Shown: in pieces, positions 31,095-36,725 of the stretch
Numbering within the stretch: position 1 is the first letter of the stretch
Layout of the letters: every line of letters starts with the position of its first letter
Virus record (IMG/VR): IMGVR_UViG_3300032676_001346
Span: 1 to 36,725 of that record
Direction: 5' to 3' (one strand)
Source of the DNA: a virus
DNA: 36,725 nucleotides
Notes under the pieces: generated by a model
What the model saw: only the letters and a program-made list of their open reading frames with translations
Databases searched by the model: none
Told to the model about the DNA's origin: nothing
Translations under genes and position numbers: made by a program

Positions 31095-32413
31095 TTTCTC
31101 TCGCACCTTTCTTTCCATGCATCCAGGGCCACGTCGAGGGAGTCTTTATCCTTCAACCCGTGAATCCAAGCGGCATCGTGTTTGATGATGGCATCCCGTA
31201 GCGGTTCGTAATCCCGCTTCGTGATGGTGTTTTGGGCGTAGGTGCCAGGCAGGTTCCCCGAGATCGGGACGCCAGAAATGTGCGCCAGCCCGCTCAGGAA
31301 CCTGTCGTCGAACCCGCCCTCCAGAATCTCTGGGTAGCGGGCATGGGCCGCCAGCATGGCCTTGGCGCTCGCCCGGTCGAACACCAGCGGGGGAACGGCG
31401 TAGCGCGGCGAGATGAAGCGCAACGGCTCCGTATTCTGCGCCAGGCAACCCCATAGGCCCGACGCGGGCGAAATCGTTTGGTGCAGGCAGATCGAATCGT
31501 ACTCGAACCAGACCGCGTGAGCATACTGCGAGGCGCAGAACATCTTGAGGATGGCGACGATCTTCTGTGCCTTCCGGGCGCCCGCGTAGCTGTCCAGCCC
31601 CAGATGGAACGTCTGATGATCACCGGGCAGAGCCAAGGGGTGATCCGTGGGGGAGATCATCCAGATTGGAAACCCGTGGTTGCGCCAGAAAGACATGTGC
31701 CGTTCCGTGGTTTCCTTCGCCTCGGCGTGGGTAAGGACAATAGCCACCATGCCTTCGGGCGCAATGCGCTCTTGGGGGCAGGCGTAATTCGTGGCTCGCT
31801 CGATGCGGTGAGCCTCGACCGCTTTCCACCGATGCTCATACAGCCATTTATTTTTTACCAACCCGTTGGGGAAGTGGACGCATTGGCTGTGAAGGTGTCC
31901 GGCGTGGGTGACGAGCTTTGAAAGAGCAATCGGCGGCCCTTTGTGCCACGCCTGAAACACCATCAAGTCGGATGTGTGCTGCCTGCCATCGATCAGCGTG
32001 GCGCACTGATTCCCGAGCTTGAAGGCATCCAGGAACCCGGCCAGCCCCTCCCGTGTCGCGTAGATGCAGCACGGGGACGCAGGGCTTTCCAGGCAAACCA
32101 CATTGCCCGTGGGCACGTCCTCCGGTCGCAGGGAGAAGTTGATCACGTCGTAGTCAGTGAACACGCCAGGGGCAACCTGCTGGAACGCCAGCCACCGAAG
32201 CCAGCAGGACATTTCAAACCGGCGGTCGTTGACCGTGGGGAGTGCCTTGCACGTCGCCTCAATTTCGGTAAACCGGGGGTTCGCCCTAGCGTCCGCTTCG
32301 GTCATTACCCTTGGAGTGAACCCGTTGGCCTCCCACGACTCGCGCCAGCATTCAATCAGCCGGTCGGGGTAGTTTGGGGCCTTCGGGTTATCGAAGTAGC
32401 AAAAGACGTTCAT
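31091..32413 (-). CDS. two-domain putative glycosyltransferase (GT32/Gly_transf_sug-like DXD domain + second GT-A-like half)
   Basis: N-terminal half: MNVFCYFDNPKAP...CWRESWEANGF...SCWLRWLAFQQVAPGVFTDYDVIN, which follows the capsule-type DXD pattern. C-terminal half: VAIVLTHAEAKE...AVWFEYDSICL. The ATG at 32413 is in an ATGA overlap. The track start at 32449 is GTG. Confidence 0.6.
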   Translation of the reverse strand: MNVFCYFDNPKAPNYPDRLIECWRESWEANGFTPRVMTEADARANPRFTEIEATCKALPTVNDRRFEMSCWLRWLAFQQVAPGVFTDYDVINFSLRPEDVPTGNVVCLESPASPCCIYATREGLAGFLDAFKLGNQCATLIDGRQHTSDLMVFQAWHKGPPIALSKLVTHAGHLHSQCVHFPNGLVKNKWLYEHRWKAVEAHRIERATNYACPQERIAPEGMVAIVLTHAEAKETTERHMSFWRNHGFPIWMISPTDHPLALPGDHQTFHLGLDSYAGARKAQKIVAILKMFCASQYAHAVWFEYDSICLHQTISPASGLWGCLAQNTEPLRFISPRYAVPPLVFDRASAKAMLAAHARYPEILEGGFDDRFLSGLAHISGVPISGNLPGTYAQNTITKRDYEPLRDAIIKHDAAWIHGLKDKDSLDVALDAWKERCERK

Positions 32414-33108
32414 CGTATGCGTTTCCCCACGACGCAGAACAGTTTGCACGCGCCGTGCTTCGGGCTTGTGGCGGTGAACATGAATGACTTTGGAACGGTG
32501 GCTCTGAACCCCAAAGAAACCAGCATGTCACTGATGGCGTCAGGGGGGAGATACCACCATACGAGGTAGTCGTTCCCTTTGGTCATCAGAGGACGGAAGG
32601 ACGTGTACATTCCCGCCCGCAGCACTTCCGTCACCACAACGGTATCGGCCACGCGGCACGCCTCGCGCAATGCCCCGAACGGGTTTTCCAGGTGCAGCAG
32701 CACGCTCCCGAGGATGGCGATATCGACCCCGCCGTGGGCGGGGGGATGGAAGGGAAGGTCATAGATGTCCCCATAGATCGGAACGGCAGACGACCCTAGC
32801 CGCTCATGGCAGTAGCGGTATCCGTTCTTCATCCTATCAATATCCAGGAGGGACTGATCCCAGCATGGCAGCAGGTTCAACGGGTGATCCGGCGACTGGT
32901 CAAACGACGTGACAGCCTCGGCCCCCATCTTCTCCGCGTAGAAGCTCAGCGCCCCGGTCGCAGTGCCGATGTCGATCACGCGCTTCCTCTTGAAGTCCAC
33001 GCCCCCCGTGTATTCTTTCAGCACCGGGCGCAAGTCCCAATCCCCTTCCACGGTCTCGCCGCCGGGGAGGTCCATCGTGTGGTAAAAGTAGCAGTCTTGT
33101 TTTTCCAT
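32410..33108 (-). CDS. class I SAM-dependent methyltransferase (232 aa)
   Basis: Motif I is RVIDIGTATGALSFYAEKMGA. The acidic loop is VTSFDQS. The motif III/IV region is VDIAILGSVLLHLENP. The N-terminal FYHTMDLPGGETVEGDWDLR resembles CmoB/DUF1698-type methyltransferases. Confidence 0.8.
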   Translation of the reverse strand: MEKQDCYFYHTMDLPGGETVEGDWDLRPVLKEYTGGVDFKRKRVIDIGTATGALSFYAEKMGAEAVTSFDQSPDHPLNLLPCWDQSLLDIDRMKNGYRYCHERLGSSAVPIYGDIYDLPFHPPAHGGVDIAILGSVLLHLENPFGALREACRVADTVVVTEVLRAGMYTSFRPLMTKGNDYLVWWYLPPDAISDMLVSLGFRATVPKSFMFTATSPKHGACKLFCVVGKRIR

Positions 33109-33110
33109 AA

Positions 33111-34700
33111 TTATACCAGTCCAGTTATCGGATCGATGGCCTTAATCACCTTTGAAGGATTGTCCAATACCTCAGAGTATGTCAGCCGCGTAGTGCAGTT
33201 GAACCGCGGCATGGAGCCCTCCCACCCATCCCGAACGAGGGCCACTAGCGGGGCTTTGCACGCCTGTGCCAGATGCAGGGTCAGGGTGTCAATCGAGACG
33301 ATCACTTGCGCGGCGTCCATGATGCCGAGCACGTCGTAGGGGTGTAGGCAATGGAACTGGCCGATGTCAACCACATGGAAATCGGGGAACGCATCCACAA
33401 TCTTTTTGAGGATGTCCCGCCCCTGGGGGAGTGGCGCCGAGACCGCCGCGGTCAGGTTGGTGACGATCTTCGGGCGTGGGTCAATGCTAAAGGCCCGCTC
33501 CCGCATCACCCGTTCCTTGTCCCAGTCCCGGTTGTCGAACACCAGCGGCCATTTGAAATCGTGGAAGTGAGCCAGGAACCCGGCCATCCGCCAGGATTCT
33601 TCATTGAACGTGGCACACCGCCGGTCCTGGGTATAGTTCCAACCCCATATCTGGCAGTTGATGACGTTGGCGAACTTGCTGCGGGCTTCCAGCAAGGCGT
33701 CGTTGATCTCCCCGAAGCTCCGCCGCATCAGCCACGGTTTGACGTAGGACACTCCATCCAGGATGTCCCGGAACTCTCGGGAGATGGCCAGCCGGGGCTT
33801 TACCCCGGTCGCCAGGAAGTCCTTGTAGATGAACGGCAGGGCGTTCACGATGTCGCCGTTTCGGCCCAGGATGACGTAGCACCGATCCGACAGGGTCGGG
33901 GCATCCGCCCTGCTCTTGGCCAGGAACTCGGCCGCCATGCGCTCGTAATCGTGCTTGAGCGCGGGCTTGATGAGCACGTTGCCCACCGGCTCGCTTCCGG
34001 CCCGGATGCGGTTCTCAAGGTCTGCCCCGATACGGTCGTGGATCTTCACCCCGCCGGGCACGTCGTCGCCGCTTCCGCTGGCGTGGAAACTACCCTGTGA
34101 CCAGCAATAGACGTACTGCGGCTTCGCCGGGGTGATCTTCTTCCCGGTGAACCGCTCCTGTAGGGCGGAAACGAACCCCCGGTCCTCGCCGCAGGTCAGC
34201 GCCGGGTATCCGCCCACAGCCTGCCACGACTCCTTTGTGAAGGCGAACTGGTGCATTGCCCCCGGCGAGATGGCCTTGATGGTGTCGCGCTCCATGTAGA
34301 ACTGCGAGTTTATCAGTATCCAGGCGCAATCGGGGTTCTGCGCGAAGGCGTCGGCGTAGAGGCGGAGGTCCCCGCTGAGAACGAAGTCGTCATCGTCCAC
34401 GACCCTGATCACCCGACCGTCGCACGCAGCCACGCCGATGTTTCGGGCCTCGCCCAAGCAGGCTGGGCGGCGGTCCAGGTTCACGACCTTGACGTTTGGG
34501 AAGCCGAGGTTATCCGAAAAAACCGTCAACCTCTGTTGCGGGCAGGTATTGAGGATCACGATCTGGTAAGGCACCGGGCAGTCTTGGTGATTCAGTCCGT
34601 ACAGCGCGTTCTTGAGGAAGGCCGTTCGACCGTAAGTGACCGTGAGGGTTGAAATGGGGAAGGATGTCACGGTTTCTTTTCTTTCATTGCGGCATCCCAA
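33111..34700 (-). CDS. bifunctional glycosyltransferase: GT2-like N-domain fused to GT9 (heptosyltransferase)-like C-domain
   Basis: N-domain: FPISTLTVTYGRTAFLKNAL...VIRVVDDDDF...GEDRGF. C-domain: CYVILGRNGDIVNALPFIYKDF...VDIGQFH...VIVSIDTLTLHLAQACKAPLVALV, matching the GT9 pattern lGDvv.alP ... DsG..HLAaA.g.P. The track start at 34700 is TTG. GTG at 34670 (VTSFPIST...) is the more natural GT2 N-terminus. Confidence 0.75.
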   Translation of the reverse strand: MGCRNERKETVTSFPISTLTVTYGRTAFLKNALYGLNHQDCPVPYQIVILNTCPQQRLTVFSDNLGFPNVKVVNLDRRPACLGEARNIGVAACDGRVIRVVDDDDFVLSGDLRLYADAFAQNPDCAWILINSQFYMERDTIKAISPGAMHQFAFTKESWQAVGGYPALTCGEDRGFVSALQERFTGKKITPAKPQYVYCWSQGSFHASGSGDDVPGGVKIHDRIGADLENRIRAGSEPVGNVLIKPALKHDYERMAAEFLAKSRADAPTLSDRCYVILGRNGDIVNALPFIYKDFLATGVKPRLAISREFRDILDGVSYVKPWLMRRSFGEINDALLEARSKFANVINCQIWGWNYTQDRRCATFNEESWRMAGFLAHFHDFKWPLVFDNRDWDKERVMRERAFSIDPRPKIVTNLTAAVSAPLPQGRDILKKIVDAFPDFHVVDIGQFHCLHPYDVLGIMDAAQVIVSIDTLTLHLAQACKAPLVALVRDGWEGSMPRFNCTTRLTYSEVLDNPSKVIKAIDPITGLV

Positions 34701-35011
34701 CCGTCTTCGCGAACGGAACAGGAAATTGTTTTTGAGAGGGCCGGGCGCACGCGGATCGTTGGTGGTTCACCCTATACAGCCGGTCGCTGTTACCGGAATA
34801 TGCTTCCGTTGATCGGTTACATGGCCTAACCGCGCCTCCTCTCAAGATGGTTGCGGAGCCGAGGAGTCTAACCTCGTTCAATGACAGTTTATGAGGCTGC
34901 CTCAGATACGACCTGCCGCCCGCATTAAAACGCACCGTCTTAGATCCCCGACAAGGGACCGCGCAAACCCTGAGATATATTGAGAACTGGTTCACGGACG
35001 GTGTAAATTGG

Positions 35012-35413
35012 TTATTTCTTCTGGTACGTGGCCGCGATCGCTTCCGCCTGTTGCCGCGTCTCACCGAAGCCGAGCAGGTGGAAGATGGCGTCCAGCCTGG
35101 ATTGGCAGCGGAGGCCGGTATAAGCGCCCGACGGGGTGTACTCAGGGTCGAATCCGTGTCGCTTTTCCCACCGGCCAACCTGGACGCGGAGGAATGGGCA
35201 TCGAGCGTCGGGACGCTCCCTCACGAACACGCCGCCGAGGGTTTGCGTCGTCGAGGCGTTCTGCGGGGCCTGTCCCAGTATGGGGACTTGCACTTGCCGC
35301 AGCGTTTCGGTTTGGGGTTCTTCGACGTGAACCACCGTTTGCACCGGCTGCACTGGTGTTCCGTCACCCGGATGATTCTGGAATTCTTGCTCATTCACAA
35401 GAGCACTATACAC
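35012..35413 (-). CDS. hypothetical protein (133 aa, GTG start, no internal Met)
   Basis: Co-oriented between the ATP-grasp gene and the 310-nt gap. The C-terminal half looks globular (CPFLRVQVGRWEKRHGFDPEYTPSGAYTGLRCQSRLDAIFHLLGFGETRQQAEAIA). The two plus-strand ORFs over it look antisense. Confidence 0.4.
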   Translation of the reverse strand: MYSALVNEQEFQNHPGDGTPVQPVQTVVHVEEPQTETLRQVQVPILGQAPQNASTTQTLGGVFVRERPDARCPFLRVQVGRWEKRHGFDPEYTPSGAYTGLRCQSRLDAIFHLLGFGETRQQAEAIAATYQKK

Positions 35414-35461
35414 CGTCCGTGCATGTTGGCAATAGTTTTTTTCAAGTTTTTTTTCGGGGCG

Positions 35462-36724
35462 TCAAACTGCCGCCGGTTCGACGTTCATCTTTCGGTCTGC
35501 CATCGACTCGAATTCGTCCAGTGCCTTTTCCAGCGACTCGACCTTGACCGTGATGTTCCCCTTGAGTTGGTCGGCCATTTCCTTGCAGCCTTCAATGGCT
35601 TTGTCTGCGGTGTCCCCAGTGCAGATCACGCTACCCATTTCATCAAAAGCATTCATCTGAGGAACCACGTAATCTTCTTCCCCTTTCCGCATCCCGAAGT
35701 AGAGGTTCACCGAGTCTCGGACTTCGGGCGGGATGGAAATGCCGGACCAATGATCTTCATCTCCGGCGTTATAGATCATGGCCTGGGCCACATATTTGGC
35801 CGACGGTTCCGGCTCGACCAGTTCGCCATGAGCTCCGGCCCAAACGACTTCCGGCAGGTTTCCCCAAATCGCCAACTGCGATTCACCAGAGGGGGAACCT
35901 TGGCGGCAGCAGGGATCGATCAGATACGGCGTTCCATCCTTTGCCAGCCGGATTTCCGTGGACCAGAAGTTGGCGTAGCCGTACCCGGCCAGAACCGCTG
36001 CCAAAGCGTTGTTGGTCCTTGTGATTTCCTTGGGCATCTTCGCGTATTCCTGAACCACGCCCACGTATCCGCAGTCCTTAATTTCAACACCGTTGATCGC
36101 CATTTTGGGGAACCGCCCGACGAACAATCCATCGTAACCAACCTCGATGTCGGACTCGATGGGGTTCTCGACGATGAACTCCTGATCTTCCGCCAGCGGG
36201 CCGAGCTTGAACTCCAGTTCGTCCAGGCGGGGCTTCGATAGCCAGTAGGTTTCGTGGTGCCAGCTTTCCATCAGGCCGCGAAGGAAGCTGATTTTGATGT
36301 ACCTATCGTCCACCTTTTGAAGCAGTTCCCGGAGCGCGGGAACGCCGGCAACGACTTGGTATTTGCCCACTGGCAGGCCAACTGACTTGATGACTTCCTT
36401 GGAGAATATTCGGTAAAGCTCGATGTCCTCACCCTTTCCGCTACCCCAGACTTTGTAGCCCCTTCCCCGAAGCCACTTTTGCATGTCCCCGCCAAGCACG
36501 TCCGGGCACGCGACGATGTCCACCGAGTCGATCACGTCGAACATGTCCTTCACGACCTCGATACCATCGTAGCCCTTGCCTACCGTGATTTCGTGAAAAG
36601 ACGGGCGCCCCCGCCGCCAGTCGTTGTAGTAGAGCACGCGACCGAACCCCTCGGCCATTTTCAGAGCGAAGCTGAGGAAAAGGCCGTGGTCAAGGACGAG
36701 GACGCTCTTGGACTTGAGGTTCAT
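35462..36724 (-). CDS. ATP-grasp-fold ligase (PurD/carboxylate-amine ligase-like, 420 aa)
   Basis: ATG at 36724. N-terminal Rossmann-like KSVLVLDHGLFLSFALKMAEGFGRVLYY. Central segment YIKISFLRG....HHETY...EFIVE. C-terminal STEIRLAKDGTPYLIDPCCRQGSP resembles the Mg/ATP-binding E-x-N/R strand region of ATP-grasp enzymes. Fold call by pattern only. Confidence 0.55.
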   Translation of the reverse strand: MNLKSKSVLVLDHGLFLSFALKMAEGFGRVLYYNDWRRGRPSFHEITVGKGYDGIEVVKDMFDVIDSVDIVACPDVLGGDMQKWLRGRGYKVWGSGKGEDIELYRIFSKEVIKSVGLPVGKYQVVAGVPALRELLQKVDDRYIKISFLRGLMESWHHETYWLSKPRLDELEFKLGPLAEDQEFIVENPIESDIEVGYDGLFVGRFPKMAINGVEIKDCGYVGVVQEYAKMPKEITRTNNALAAVLAGYGYANFWSTEIRLAKDGTPYLIDPCCRQGSPSGESQLAIWGNLPEVVWAGAHGELVEPEPSAKYVAQAMIYNAGDEDHWSGISIPPEVRDSVNLYFGMRKGEEDYVVPQMNAFDEMGSVICTGDTADKAIEGCKEMADQLKGNITVKVESLEKALDEFESMADRKMNVEPAAV

Positions 36725-36725
36725 T

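Noticed and set aside
35051-36241. 396-aa plus-strand ORF over the ATP-grasp gene, and 35008-35547
   Set aside because: They are antisense to a gene with a recognisable ATP-grasp pattern. Composition is poor, and no plus-strand gene lies nearby to form an operon.
1-36725. CRISPR array, integrase/att sites, transposase or toxin-antitoxin pair
   Set aside because: No spaced direct-repeat array, tyrosine or serine recombinase motif, or IS-like inverted-repeat-flanked ORF was seen. Whether the element is integrated cannot be judged from this window.

Overview
GC-rich (about 60% by eye) 36.7-kb window that reads as most of the late and accessory half of a tailed dsDNA phage or prophage. All domain calls come from motif recognition by eye, with no searches run. 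Many long ORFs in the track are antisense or out-of-frame artefacts typical of GC-rich DNA. The track also uses TTG/GTG starts, and I adjusted several starts.

Layout:
- **Left, minus strand (8710 down to 1):** large terminase, a Cys-rich membrane protein, a 1039-aa tail-fibre-like protein that unusually carries an N-terminal signal/anchor, then a run of small membrane proteins and lipoproteins.
- **Centre, plus strand (8831-25301):** starts from a divergent control region at 8711-8830. It encodes an acidic protein, a portal with a long C-terminal coiled coil, a small protein with a Tat-type signal, a DHH/DHHA1 phosphoesterase inserted behind a low-GC leader, a scaffold-like protein and a 705-aa putative major capsid protein followed by a strong terminator. 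Next come a Pro-rich protein, a 666-aa T7 gp11-like adaptor candidate carrying tandem Cys-framed repeats, and a 1181-aa multidomain adhesin-like protein (Big_2, vWA, jelly-roll, discoidin-like, proprotein-convertase P-domain). It ends with small Zn-ribbon, Lar-like and HTH genes.
- **Right, minus strand (36724 down to 25298):** an ATP-grasp enzyme and a 310-nt structured gap. Then comes a tightly coupled operon with six glycosyltransferase-type domains plus a SAM methyltransferase. After it come a coiled-coil protein, a strong terminator and a T7 gp12-like (nozzle) beta-propeller protein.

Most unusual content:
- The phage-borne glycosylation operon has no export or polymerisation genes.
- The DHH/DHHA1 enzyme sits inside the head module.
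- One Cys-framed '...VPxG...S(V/I)ADANAxAxA' module is shared by the capsid C-terminus, the adaptor candidate and the giant adhesin.
- The left end holds a cluster of exported proteins.

Few genes have a recognisable Shine-Dalgarno sequence, and ATGA stop-start overlaps are common. No tRNA, CRISPR array, integrase or reverse transcriptase was seen.
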